From positions 1,664,001 through 1,728,000 of the forward strand of contig OY843751.1 in assembly GCA_963693055.1 (NCBI GenBank): DNA of 64,000 bases, read 5' to 3'. The notes beneath the pieces were generated by a model. It was not told the origin of the DNA and did no database searches. It worked only from the letters and a program-made list of their open reading frames with translations. Position 1 is the first letter of the stretch. Each line of letters begins with the position of its first letter. Both the position numbers and the translations under genes were made by a program. Positions 1 through 10,064 of the stretch are shown here, in pieces. Source of the DNA: a bacterium (GTDB lineage Bacteria > Zhuqueibacterota > Zhuqueibacteria > Residuimicrobiales > Krinioviventaceae).

Positions 1-71
1 TTCTGGACCATTTATTTGTCTGTTAAATGTCCATATGAAATAAATATTTAGTGTTTTAAAAAGGGGTCGCT

Positions 72-851
72 ATGAAAATTAAAAAATATTTAATCATACC
101 CATTCTGTTTCCGATTCTTTGGGGTTGTGAGAACAGATCTGCAATTGTGCAGCCCAAACAAGAAATGCAAACCTATCCTGCAATCAATACTGCCTTGTCA
201 CAAAAAGACATTGACAAATTACAAAATGATTTCAAGGTGGCATATCCCGAAATGAGTACAGCAACTTTTGATGAATATGGTTTTATCAGCATGTCGCACA
301 AAAGACCAGATGCTAATGGATCCTCCGTCTGGAGTAAAGATAAAGCAATTGAAATGGCAAGATCATTTATTCTCGATGTTGCAGAATTTGTCCATCTGGA
401 AAACTCGGAGGATTTGTTGTTAAATGATTCCAGTAAGTATGGTGATCGCTGGATTGTTACCTTTCAACAACAAAAGCTGGGAATACCGGTTTATAATAAC
501 AAGATTCGAGTCTTAATTTACAATTCAGGCGTTAATGCGATTGAAGCGGGATTTTACCAAAACATAACCGTGCCGGAAGCACCTCCTTTTGATCAAGAAG
601 CCATCGCAAATAAAATTACAGGCTATGAATTTATTTTTTATTGTTGGGGACCTGTAAATGTAGTGCTGGATAAAGACATGATGGGCACAGAACACCAGTT
701 GGTTTTGTATCCGTTGCGAAAGGAAAATTATCGACAGATCCATCTTGCCTGGCAGATTCCGTTGACCGTATCAAACAGCTTTGAATTCTTGTTGTTTGTT
801 GATGCAATCACTTTTGAGGTGTTGGCAGTTAATCCGTTGTTTATTTGCTGA
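72..851 (+). CDS. Lipoprotein with FTP/PepSY-like (M4/M36 propeptide-like) domains, no catalytic domain
   Basis: Lipobox LWGC; VTFQQQKLGIPVYNNKIRV and HLAWQI...FVDAITFEVL resemble propeptide segments; no HExxH. Confidence 0.55.
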   Translation: MKIKKYLIIPILFPILWGCENRSAIVQPKQEMQTYPAINTALSQKDIDKLQNDFKVAYPEMSTATFDEYGFISMSHKRPDANGSSVWSKDKAIEMARSFILDVAEFVHLENSEDLLLNDSSKYGDRWIVTFQQQKLGIPVYNNKIRVLIYNSGVNAIEAGFYQNITVPEAPPFDQEAIANKITGYEFIFYCWGPVNVVLDKDMMGTEHQLVLYPLRKENYRQIHLAWQIPLTVSNSFEFLLFVDAITFEVLAVNPLFIC

Positions 852-879
852 ATGAATAATTTAAGGACAAGGTTGTAAC

Positions 880-2130
880 GTGAAAAAGTATCTATTAATT
901 ATATTAACATTTTCAATATGTTTTACTGGTTGTTCGTTTAAACATGGCTCCATTTCTGGCACTGTAACCGGTCCTAATGGTAAAGAATTGAAAACATCCG
1001 GGGTATTGATTGAGGGATTTACAAATGCAATCGTTCATCAGTATACGGAAGATGGCAAATTTGCGTTTGATAACCTGGAACCCGGTGTTTACAAAGTCAT
1101 TGTATATGGATTGCATCATGAGACAATTAATTTTATACCCATAGTCCTGGAAAAGGGAGAGGATATTAATCTGAAAATTGAACTTGATCCCGTTTATTTA
1201 CAGACCGAAGCGAGTTCTCTTGATTTAATTGTTTACGAGAAAAAGTTGGTTCCACCTAATGTTATCCCTATGCCTCAAAAGCAAGATGGTACATATGCTG
1301 CCAAAATCCCAACTCCTGGCGATACTATTTATTATCAGGTGGGCGGAATATTCAAGATGAGAGATCATGATGTTGATGTCGAAAAAGTAACTGCCGGAAC
1401 ACAAGCAGATGATTACCTGTTTGTACAGCGCTTATTTGACCGAAACAGTGGTGCTATTGCCTCAATTCTTGTCACTCCAGACGAGTTGACAGAGATCGTG
1501 TTTGATCCGCCGGGATTGCAAGGAGGGGAAGAGAAAGGATCTGTCAACGTTGAACCGGAAAACAGCCTGGCCGCAAAGGTTTGTGACAAATGGTCCCGAA
1601 TCCGTAAAAAGAAACTCGACCTGGATAATGCAAGGTGGGTAAATCATGATACGTTGGATGTTGTGTATAAAGCAGAATATTATAAATGGCTAAAGAACCA
1701 ATACAAACACGAAAAAAATAAATTGGTGCAAGATTATCTGTTACTATCCATGATGGATATGGAATATTGTAAATTTGATTACAGGTTTATATACAAAAAT
1801 ATTAAAATAGAGCCTGGTTCGCTGGCATACAGTCTGATAGATATGGATCTGGTGGGAATACTGGGTAGATTGTATTCATTGTCAAGAGAACCCAAGGCGA
1901 TTAATGCTCTTGAAGCTATCATTGAAGAAAATCCCAATCCCAACATACAGGCTCAAGTACTGTTGTATTTGGTTTCAGTATTTTATAAAACGGATAATGA
2001 TCGGGCAATGGAGTATTATAAACGGCTGGTTGTTTTTTATTTTGATACGCATGTGGCCCAGGAAGCCATTCGAAAATATGATCCTGAAAATATCATAACA
2101 CAGGAGATATTGAAAAACAATAGTATTTGA
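880..2130 (+). CDS. Lipoprotein with carboxypeptidase-regulatory-like N-domain and TPR-like C-terminus
   Basis: Lipobox FTGC; GSISGTVTGPNG...DGKFAFDNLEPGVYKV; helical C-terminus (AMEYYKRLVVFYFDT). Confidence 0.6.
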   Translation: MKKYLLIILTFSICFTGCSFKHGSISGTVTGPNGKELKTSGVLIEGFTNAIVHQYTEDGKFAFDNLEPGVYKVIVYGLHHETINFIPIVLEKGEDINLKIELDPVYLQTEASSLDLIVYEKKLVPPNVIPMPQKQDGTYAAKIPTPGDTIYYQVGGIFKMRDHDVDVEKVTAGTQADDYLFVQRLFDRNSGAIASILVTPDELTEIVFDPPGLQGGEEKGSVNVEPENSLAAKVCDKWSRIRKKKLDLDNARWVNHDTLDVVYKAEYYKWLKNQYKHEKNKLVQDYLLLSMMDMEYCKFDYRFIYKNIKIEPGSLAYSLIDMDLVGILGRLYSLSREPKAINALEAIIEENPNPNIQAQVLLYLVSVFYKTDNDRAMEYYKRLVVFYFDTHVAQEAIRKYDPENIITQEILKNNSI

Positions 2131-2199
2131 TATCTTTTGCCGGGGGAATTCAATTTTTTTAAATAAAATTACATTTTGGGGAATATGGTTACAACAATT

Positions 2200-2213
2200 A
2201 ATGTTTAAACATT
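2200..2213. promoter_or_regulatory. Perfect 14-bp palindrome AATGTTTAAACATT, candidate operator
   Basis: Self-complementary, about 45 nt upstream of the NmrA-family gene start. Confidence 0.4.
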
Positions 2214-2258
2214 CAAATTGACAAGATATAATTTGAATATTATATAAAGGAGAACATT

Positions 2259-3110
2259 ATGAGTAAAACTGTATTGGTAACAGGAGCAACCGGAAGTCAG
2301 GGTGGCGCTGTAGCACGCGAGTTATTGAAAAAGAAATTTAATGTACGAGCAATGACCCGTAATCCTGATAGTGAAGCGGCTAACGCACTCAAAGCCCTGG
2401 GTGCGGATATTGTTAAAGCTGATTTTGAAAATACAGAATCTTTAGTGAATGCAGTTGCAGGTGCCTGGGGAGTATTTTCAGTCCAGAATACCTGGGAAAG
2501 CGGTGCAGAGAAAGAGATAGAGCATGGTATTAAACTCGCTTCTGTAGCCAAAGACGCAGGTGTAGAACACTTTGTTTATACTTCGGTACAATCTGCTGAT
2601 CGGAATACGGGAGTACCCCATTTTGACAGCAAATTTGAAATTGAAAAAGCAGTCAGGAAAACGGGATTCCCGACATATACTATATTACGTCCTGTCTTTT
2701 TTATGGACAATTACACCGGTCCCTTTTTCAAACCCGGTTTGGATGAAGGCAAGTTGACTGTAGGCATCAGACCCAATACGCCACTGCAGGTTATAGCAGT
2801 TGATGATATTGGTAGATATGCCGCACTTGTATTTGAAAAAAACAACGAGTTTGATGGCAAAGCTTTGAGCCTTGCTGGTGATTCATTAACCATGCCTGAA
2901 ACTGTTGACATTTTGTCAAGTTTAAATGGCAAGACCTTTACATTTGAGCCAACACCCATTGAGCAGGTACGTCAGTTTAGCAGTGACTTTGCATCCATGC
3001 TCGAATGGTTTGATAGTGTAGGATATAATGTGGATATTGATGAATTAGCTCAACAAACCGGAATCAAACCCGTGACATTCAAAGAATGGTCAGCAGATAA
3101 AAAATGGTAA
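2259..3110 (+). CDS. NmrA/HSCARG-family NAD(P)-binding protein
   Basis: VLVTGATGSQGGAV Rossmann motif; VPHFDSK; SD AAGGAG. Confidence 0.9.
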   Translation: MSKTVLVTGATGSQGGAVARELLKKKFNVRAMTRNPDSEAANALKALGADIVKADFENTESLVNAVAGAWGVFSVQNTWESGAEKEIEHGIKLASVAKDAGVEHFVYTSVQSADRNTGVPHFDSKFEIEKAVRKTGFPTYTILRPVFFMDNYTGPFFKPGLDEGKLTVGIRPNTPLQVIAVDDIGRYAALVFEKNNEFDGKALSLAGDSLTMPETVDILSSLNGKTFTFEPTPIEQVRQFSSDFASMLEWFDSVGYNVDIDELAQQTGIKPVTFKEWSADKKW

Positions 3111-3132
3111 TCTTGATATGAATCCATAATTC

Positions 3133-3169
3133 AACGCGTGGTGAGCGATATGCTCATTACGCGTTTTTT
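3133..3169 (+). terminator. Rho-independent terminator
   Basis: AACGCGTGGTGAGC-loop-GCTCATTACGCGTT followed by T-tract. Confidence 0.8.
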
Positions 3170-3351
3170 ATTATCATTTAACTGAAATTTTTTTTGTCTT
3201 GTTATGGTTATGAAAAAAACTCTGGAACTGAATTTCTTTCTTTATATATCCCGGTAATACCTTTCCTTTGATCAAGTCAATCCTTTGAAAAAATCAGGAT
3301 AAATTATCCTGGCCCTTTTTATTCTTGAATCATTAAACAAGGAGGTTTATT

Positions 3352-4244
3352 ATGATTCTGGTAATAGGTGCAACAGGAATGGTTGGTGGGCAAGTATGCC
3401 GCCAGTTGGCAATGGAAGCATTGCCTGTACGCGCTATGATCAGAAACTCTTCGGACCCGGCAAAGGTCCGTGATTTAAGTGATATGGGTGTAGAACTGGT
3501 TCGGGGGGATTTGCGAGACACATCTACTTTTGCACCCGCTTTGAAAAATGTTAGTGAAGTCATTTTAACGGCTTCGTCCATGCCATTTTCTTATATTGCA
3601 AATGTGAATGATATTGAAAATGTGGATAAAAAAGGAGTAATGAATTTTATCGACCGGGCAATGCGAGAATATGTAGAAAAGTTTATATACTTGTCTTTTT
3701 CCGGGCACCTGGATGAAGAGTGTCCCTTGCAAAAAGCCAAACGAGCAGTAGAGAACCATTTGAAAAAAAGTGGTATAAAATATACCATACTACGACCCAG
3801 TTTTTTTATGGAAGTCTGGTTAACTCCGGCTGTAGGATTTGACGCGGAACATCATCATGTACATTTATATGGAGATGGAAATAAACCCATCAGTTATATT
3901 TCGTATCGTGATGTTGCCCGGTTTGCCATTGAAAGCTTGACGAATCCCGCTGCGAAAAATGCAATTTTAGAGATCGGTGGGCCAAACCAGTTATCTCAAT
4001 GGGATGCGGTACGGATTTTTGAAGAAGTCTCGGGTGCGCACTTTGATATTGAACGGATCCCGCTCGAGGTTCTTGAAAAACAACGTCTGGATGCCAAGGA
4101 CCCCATGCAGAAATCATTTCCAACTTTGATGATTGATGCGGCCAAGGGGACCCTATTGAAATGAACGAGTTATCTAAAAAATTTCATGTGCCGTTAACCT
4201 CGGTGCGTCAATACGCATCAATTGTTGTAAATCGGCGACATTGA
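3352..4244 (+). CDS. NmrA/atypical SDR oxidoreductase with a C-terminal single-base frameshift (ORF stops at 4164; restored end 4244)
   Basis: ILVIGATGMVGG; adding one G to the G4 run at 4146-4149 gives AKGDPIEMNELSKKFHVPLTSVRQYA..., a typical family tail. Confidence 0.75.
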
Positions 4245-4258
4245 AATGGAGGTGTTCC

Positions 4259-5182
4259 ATGAAAAGTTTTAAGAAATTTTGGTTAATTAATACTTTGATT
4301 TTGCTATTTCTGACTCTGGGAATTCATGCGGAAACAGGTATGAATAGTGAAACAGCAGCAAGACTCGATTCCATAGGATTGGAATTTTTTAATCAGGGCG
4401 AGTTTGATAAAGCAATTGAGAGTTATCAAAGCGCGTTAAAAATGGATCCAACATTTACCAGACCCTTGTGGGGATTGGCAGCTTCATATGTTCTAAATGA
4501 CGAAACGGACAAGGCAATTGATATGATTTCGAATCGTTTGGATAATTGTACAGATTCGGATATGAAAATTAATTTGAAACTTGAATTGAGCGGTTTGATG
4601 TACATCGAAAAGAAGAATGTTCAAGCAAACAAAATTTTAATGGATATACAAAACAATCTTGATGAGATACCAGATGCAACAGATCAGTTACTGCTGCTGC
4701 AAACAATGGGTATGATCTGGCGTGAAGGGGGAGACATGACCCATGCTGAATTGGCCAACCAAAAGCGTTTAGAGATTGTGAAAACTGCTGATATTGCTGA
4801 TTCTTTAAAATTACCTCATCATGCAAATTCTTTGTGGGACCTGGCCCATTTTGCGATAATAAGGGGGGATATGACCAAAGCTAAAGAATGTGAAATTGCA
4901 ATGCTAAATCTGGATATTGAAAATCCTGAAGAAACTTTGCCATATCAGAAAATGCAGGCCGTGTTTGCATTATATGGCGGGCGTTATGATGAAGCTATAG
5001 ACTTTTTTAAAACACAAAAAACAAATGTTGGCATGAAACGTCTTGCTTTTGCATATACCCAAAAAGGTGATTCTGAAATGGCAAACCAGGTTATTGCTGA
5101 ATTGGCATCAAACTATCAAAGGGGAATACTTTACCTTATGATCCGTAACAACATGGTTAATGGTTTGAATCCTGTATTATAA
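4259..5182 (+). CDS. Secreted TPR-repeat protein
   Basis: SD GGAGGT before ATG 4259; signal peptide; TPR motif GLEFFNQGEFDKAIESYQSALKMDP. Confidence 0.75.
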   Translation: MKSFKKFWLINTLILLFLTLGIHAETGMNSETAARLDSIGLEFFNQGEFDKAIESYQSALKMDPTFTRPLWGLAASYVLNDETDKAIDMISNRLDNCTDSDMKINLKLELSGLMYIEKKNVQANKILMDIQNNLDEIPDATDQLLLLQTMGMIWREGGDMTHAELANQKRLEIVKTADIADSLKLPHHANSLWDLAHFAIIRGDMTKAKECEIAMLNLDIENPEETLPYQKMQAVFALYGGRYDEAIDFFKTQKTNVGMKRLAFAYTQKGDSEMANQVIAELASNYQRGILYLMIRNNMVNGLNPVL

Positions 5183-5191
5183 AATAACAAT

Positions 5192-5232
5192 CCACAAAAG
5201 AGCTGATTAAGAAAATTTCAGCTCTTTTGTGG
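5192..5232. terminator. Hairpin/terminator
   Basis: 15-bp inverted repeat CCACAAAAGAGCTGA...TCAGCTCTTTTGTGG just after the stop codon. Confidence 0.65.
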
Positions 5233-5251
5233 GTAACCTGAAATTTTTTTA

Positions 5252-5280
5252 TTGCCCTGTGTATTGAATTTGCTTATGTT
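5252..5280 (+). promoter_or_regulatory. Candidate sigma70 promoter for the GH28 gene
   Basis: TTGCCC-17 nt-TATGTT, 38 nt before the ATG. Confidence 0.35.
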
Positions 5281-5317
5281 AAATCATGGCAAAACACATT
5301 AATCAGGAGGTTGGGTA

Positions 5318-6907
5318 ATGAAAAAAGTATTACTGGTTTTATGCGTGTTTTTAAATTTTGCAGTTGTTCAGGCGGGTAACTCTTTTCTTTCTGTCATGGA
5401 TTATGGTGCCAAAGGAGACGGAAATACTCTGGATACCCAGGCGATCCAACAGACAATTGATGCTGTAGCAGAGAATGGAGGCGGTTCGGTTTATCTTCCG
5501 TCTGGTACCTATTTGTCCGGTACTTTATTTTTCAAAAGTCATGTCAGTTTATATCTGGAAGCGGGTGCAACTTTACTGGGCAGCACGAATCTGGATGATT
5601 ATCCGGTTACGGTATGCGAATACCGGTCCTATACGGATAATTATACCGTGCGCAGTTTGATTTATGCCGAAAAAGTTGAAAATGTGTCTATTCTGGGACG
5701 TGGTACACTGAATGGCCAGGGTGCGGCTTTTAAAGAGCGACGTACCAAAGAAAATCCTTACAAAGACCGTCCGTATATGATTAGAATGATTGAATGCAAG
5801 GACGTAACGATCAGGGATGTTACAATTATCAACTCTCCCATGTGGGTACAACACTATATTGCTTGTGATGATTTGCTGATTGACGGGATAACCGTAAGCA
5901 GTTTTGTCGCGGGGAATAATGATGGTATTGATGTTGACAGTTGTCATCGTGTTCGGATCTCCAATTGTGATATTTACAGTGGTGATGATGCTATTGTGTT
6001 AAAAGCAACATCGGCACGTGCCTGTAAAGATGTTACGGTAACCAATTGTGTGTTGTCAACACATTGTAATGCATTCAAACTGGGTACCGAATCTAATGGC
6101 GGGTTCCAGAATATCACTTTTAGTAACAGCACCGTGTTTGATACCCGGTTATCTGCCGTTGCTCTTGAAATGGTTGATGGCGGATTACTGGAGCGTGTAA
6201 CGGTGAACAATATTGTGCTCAATAATGTGGGTAATGCAATATTTATCCGTTTAGGAAACCGTGCACGTCCATTTTTGTCAAAAGGTCCTGGCGGATCACA
6301 AGGAACCTGGGAACGAAAAGCCGAGCTTGAACCTCCCGGAATGGGCGCGTTGCGCAAGGTTGTCATCTCGAATATGCAGGGAATTGATGTAGGACCTGTG
6401 GGATGTTCCATCACCGGTTTACCCGGCTATGATGTAGAGGATATAACCATTTCCAATATCAATCTGGAATGTGTTGGCGGCGGTACAGCAGACATGATTG
6501 ATCGGGAAATTCCAGAAAAAGAAGATGCCTACCCCGAGTTCAAAATGTTTGGTGAATTACCGGCATATGGATTTTATGTGCGTCATGTTGATGACATAAA
6601 ATTTGACAATATAGAGCTGACGTACAAGAATGACGATGTTCGTCCTGTTTTTGTTTTTGATGATGTAAAAAATCTGGATCTGTTTGATGTTGACGGCGAA
6701 TTGGCTGCAACGGCTCCTGCATTTATGATCATGAAAAATATTGATGGTGCTTTTGTGCATGGCAACCGTCCCACACGAAATATGGGCGTGTTTATTAAAG
6801 CAGAATCTGCAAAAAAAGTTATGGTTATGAACAATGATTTATCGAATGTGAAAACTGTTTTGGATAAATCAGATGCTGTGAAAAAAGAAGATATTGTAAT
6901 AAAATAA
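5318..6907 (+). CDS. Glycoside hydrolase family 28 (polygalacturonase-like), secreted
   Basis: DYGAKGDG, NNDGID, GDDAI and KLGTES motifs; beta-helix; signal peptide. Confidence 0.9.
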   Translation: MKKVLLVLCVFLNFAVVQAGNSFLSVMDYGAKGDGNTLDTQAIQQTIDAVAENGGGSVYLPSGTYLSGTLFFKSHVSLYLEAGATLLGSTNLDDYPVTVCEYRSYTDNYTVRSLIYAEKVENVSILGRGTLNGQGAAFKERRTKENPYKDRPYMIRMIECKDVTIRDVTIINSPMWVQHYIACDDLLIDGITVSSFVAGNNDGIDVDSCHRVRISNCDIYSGDDAIVLKATSARACKDVTVTNCVLSTHCNAFKLGTESNGGFQNITFSNSTVFDTRLSAVALEMVDGGLLERVTVNNIVLNNVGNAIFIRLGNRARPFLSKGPGGSQGTWERKAELEPPGMGALRKVVISNMQGIDVGPVGCSITGLPGYDVEDITISNINLECVGGGTADMIDREIPEKEDAYPEFKMFGELPAYGFYVRHVDDIKFDNIELTYKNDDVRPVFVFDDVKNLDLFDVDGELAATAPAFMIMKNIDGAFVHGNRPTRNMGVFIKAESAKKVMVMNNDLSNVKTVLDKSDAVKKEDIVIK

Positions 6908-7026
6908 TTTGAATTTTTAGATACTGATGAAACAAAACACCCTGTCATACACGTAAAAATAATCATATTATGATAATGTCAGGTGGTTTTGTTTTCATCA
7001 GTTTTTTATAAAAGGAGTGTAAAGAA

Positions 7027-7215
7027 ATGGCTGAACCCGGATGTACAGAATGTCCTTTTCGAGCAAAGTATGGCAATAATCCCAAATCAATACTGGGCAG
7101 ATTGTGGCGGTGGCATATTAATTTTTGTCCCGGATGGAAAGAGTATTTTACCAACCTGCCCGAAAATGAAAGGATTGATCTGGCAAAGAAATACAGTTTT
7201 ACCAAATATCAATAG
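7027..7215 (+). CDS. Small Cys/Trp-rich conserved hypothetical protein
   Basis: SD AAGGAG; CxxC...WRWHINFCPGW motif; 7-nt overlap with the convergent gene. Confidence 0.7.
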   Translation: MAEPGCTECPFRAKYGNNPKSILGRLWRWHINFCPGWKEYFTNLPENERIDLAKKYSFTKYQ

Positions 7216-7979
7216 AGCAGCACGTCTTGTGTTGTAATTTCGTAATCACTGGTTACTTTTAACGCAATCTTGTAATGATCTACTTTGACTACGGTAGCTG
7301 TACCAATGCTAAAACCGTTTCTTGAGAGGGTATAGGTGTCATTTACTTTCATGGGGGTTTTATCTGTAATCTCTACAAGAATATAATTTTTAACCACATT
7401 TGCAATTTTCAAGGGGGTTGTGATCTGCATACCCTCATCTTTGACCAGAGGTTTTGACTGTACAGGTTTTTCCTGCTTCGGAGCCGGTTGTGTTGGCTGT
7501 ACCGGTTGCTCGGGTTTGGATTTGCCCAAGCTGGAGCTTAGCTTGTCAAAAAGTGCTTGTTCTAAAACGCCTCTTGAATTACAATCGTACCAGCTTTTGG
7601 TTACCTTGGTTTCATAGCCTTCAATTTTCAATGCAATTCGAACCGTTGTCTGTTTTTCTGATAATCTATACAGAGTAATAGTATAGCTGTATTCAGCGCG
7701 GTTCCAAATACCCATACCTACTCGTGGTTTGTAAGCAATTTCGTTCAACCGGGTATCTACATCTCCATCCAGGTTGATGGATTTAGATACAAACTGCATA
7801 TTATTTTTGTCAATGGATTCCATCGGAATATCCATTTCAGATATTACGGATAATAATGCGTTCCAGACTTTAGTATAAGAACTGTCAAACGTCTTTGAAT
7901 TGTTGACAGGTGCAACAGGTGTTTGTGTTGCTGCACATCCCAGAAACAAAAGCAAGAGAATTGGAATATATTTTTTCAT
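7209..7979 (-). CDS. Outer-membrane lipoprotein (BamC-like N-domain, Pro/Gln linker, small beta C-domain)
   Basis: MKKYIPILLLLFLGC lipobox; KTFDSSYTKVWNALL; linker PEQPVQPTQPAP. Confidence 0.6.
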   Translation of the reverse strand: MKKYIPILLLLFLGCAATQTPVAPVNNSKTFDSSYTKVWNALLSVISEMDIPMESIDKNNMQFVSKSINLDGDVDTRLNEIAYKPRVGMGIWNRAEYSYTITLYRLSEKQTTVRIALKIEGYETKVTKSWYDCNSRGVLEQALFDKLSSSLGKSKPEQPVQPTQPAPKQEKPVQSKPLVKDEGMQITTPLKIANVVKNYILVEITDKTPMKVNDTYTLSRNGFSIGTATVVKVDHYKIALKVTSDYEITTQDVLLY

Positions 7980-8016
7980 AACAGTCCCGTTATTTATTGC
8001 TATGTTTTTAAAATTC

Positions 8017-8050
8017 ACAGGGATCCGTTTATCAAAAAACGGATCCCTGT
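8017..8050 (-). terminator. Hairpin after pepF
   Basis: 14-bp inverted repeat ACAGGGATCCGTTT...AAACGGATCCCTGT. Confidence 0.7.
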
Positions 8051-8055
8051 TGAAA

Positions 8056-9960
8056 TTATTTGGAAATCAATTTATCCAACTCGTCCACGGTTTTATCAAA
8101 CAGCTCCAGCGCTGATTGAATGGCTTCCGGTTTTGTAAGATCCAGACCAGCTTCTTGCAGCATGAGAACCGGTGCTTTTGAATTGCCGCCTTTGAGCATG
8201 TTCAGATACGCGTCTCTTGCCGGTTCGCCTTCTTCTTTGATCTTTTTGGCAAATGCAATACCGGATGACAAACCTGTAGCATAGGTGAATACATAATATT
8301 TGTAATAAAAGTGGGGGATATATGCCCATTCCATATGGTCGTTTTCATCCATGGTAAAACCAGAACCATAATAAGTTTTGATCAATTCCGTATAAATATC
8401 GTTGAGCTTGTTGGCAGTTATGGGTTCACCCGCTTCGGCAAGCTGGTGAAAACGGAGCTCAAATTCTGCAAACAGGGTTTGACGATAAATAGTAGTACGG
8501 ATGGTTTCCAACAGTTCACTGAGCAGCCAGGCTTTTTCTTCATCAGACTTGGCGTGATCGATCATGTATTGTGAGAGTAGAGCTTCGTTACAGGTTGAAG
8601 CAATTTCTGCCAGAAACGGGACATATCTCCATGACAAATAAGACTGGTTATTCATGGAATAATAACTGTGCATAGCGTGTCCATATTCATGTGCCAGTGT
8701 TGAAACGTCATTAAAAGAGTTTTGAAAGTTCATCAAAACATAAGGGTGTCTTCCGTATGTTGAGGAAGAAAATGCACCACTGTCTTTATTCTTGTAGGGA
8801 TATATGTCGATCCAGCCGTTAGCGGGATCCATAGCGGTTTTCAACATTGTGTTGTATTCCTGTCCAAGTGGTGTTAGTGCTTGTTGGATATATTGAATAC
8901 CGCTGTCATAATCCATTTCCATATCGATTTGTTTGACCATGGGAACATAGAGATCGTAAATGTGAATGTCATCCAATTTGAGTGCTTTTTTACGTAACTC
9001 TATGTATTTGTGTAAAGGTTTAACATTAGCTTTAACTGTGTTGATGAGATTCATATACACTGCAGGATCGATATCGTCTTTATCCAAATAGGCATCAATG
9101 ACCGTATCGTATCCACGTGATTTGGCCAGAAAAAGACTGAATTTTGCCTGTTCACCCAGGGTGGTTGCAAATGTGTTTTCGTAGGTTTTCAGAGTGCCGA
9201 ACATGGCATCTACAGCAGCTTTACGAACCTCGCGGTTTGGTGAATGGCGAAGCAATCCATAATTGGAAAAAGATAGTTGTACCTCTTTATCTTCACCTTT
9301 AATCATAGGCAAAGGCATTTCAGAAACCAATGCACCAAAAGCTTTTTCAGGAGCGGCGGGCAATTCATTTAAATCGATTTGCGCCCAGAGATTATCTCCG
9401 GCAAGAGATAAAATGCGTTCTTCTTCCGGCGAGAGTACCCTGTCTGCTCTTCGTCGCAGGCTGTTGATATACGGCATAAACGTTTTTAATTCTGGGGCTT
9501 TGGATATTGCGTTTTCAAGTTCCGAATCAGACAAGCCCAGAATAGTCTGACGTAAAATTGCACCTTCCTGCATAATTCCTTCGGTAAGGGTTAATGCTGT
9601 TTGGTGACGCGCAATTACGGCCTGATTGGTGGTTGCTGTTTCCCGCTGCAGGTTTGCATAAAGGGTTAACCGGTTAATGCGGTCATCCAGATTGAAATAT
9701 GCCTGCATGTAATCGGCAATCCCTTTGGGAGATGACAGCGCATTGTGCATTTCTGGCAATGCTTTAAGATCAAGTTCGCACTGATCAATTTCAGTTTGCC
9801 ATTGCGCATTGCTGCTGCAGAGAGGGGTGAGGTCCCATTTGTATTCATTGGGTACATCAGATGCTTTCATGTTCGCATCGGGAGTAAAGGGTGCAGCCTG
9901 GATTGTGAAAAAGGAAAGTAGAATCATGGTGATAGTCCAGCGTTCAAGTCTTGTTCTCAA
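8056..9960 (-). CDS. pepF: Oligoendopeptidase F (peptidase M3B) with apparent signal peptide
   Basis: YKWDL, KDSGAFS, TLAHEYGHAMH, AEIAST and WAYIPHFY motifs. Confidence 0.92.
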   Translation of the reverse strand: MRTRLERWTITMILLSFFTIQAAPFTPDANMKASDVPNEYKWDLTPLCSSNAQWQTEIDQCELDLKALPEMHNALSSPKGIADYMQAYFNLDDRINRLTLYANLQRETATTNQAVIARHQTALTLTEGIMQEGAILRQTILGLSDSELENAISKAPELKTFMPYINSLRRRADRVLSPEEERILSLAGDNLWAQIDLNELPAAPEKAFGALVSEMPLPMIKGEDKEVQLSFSNYGLLRHSPNREVRKAAVDAMFGTLKTYENTFATTLGEQAKFSLFLAKSRGYDTVIDAYLDKDDIDPAVYMNLINTVKANVKPLHKYIELRKKALKLDDIHIYDLYVPMVKQIDMEMDYDSGIQYIQQALTPLGQEYNTMLKTAMDPANGWIDIYPYKNKDSGAFSSSTYGRHPYVLMNFQNSFNDVSTLAHEYGHAMHSYYSMNNQSYLSWRYVPFLAEIASTCNEALLSQYMIDHAKSDEEKAWLLSELLETIRTTIYRQTLFAEFELRFHQLAEAGEPITANKLNDIYTELIKTYYGSGFTMDENDHMEWAYIPHFYYKYYVFTYATGLSSGIAFAKKIKEEGEPARDAYLNMLKGGNSKAPVLMLQEAGLDLTKPEAIQSALELFDKTVDELDKLISK

Positions 9961-10064
9961 AATGACCTCCTTGTTAGTATGTGGAGTAATTTACAGGTCA
10001 AGATACGTACAAATTATAATAAAGGGTACAAAAAAATGGTATTTAATTTATTCTGATTACTTTT

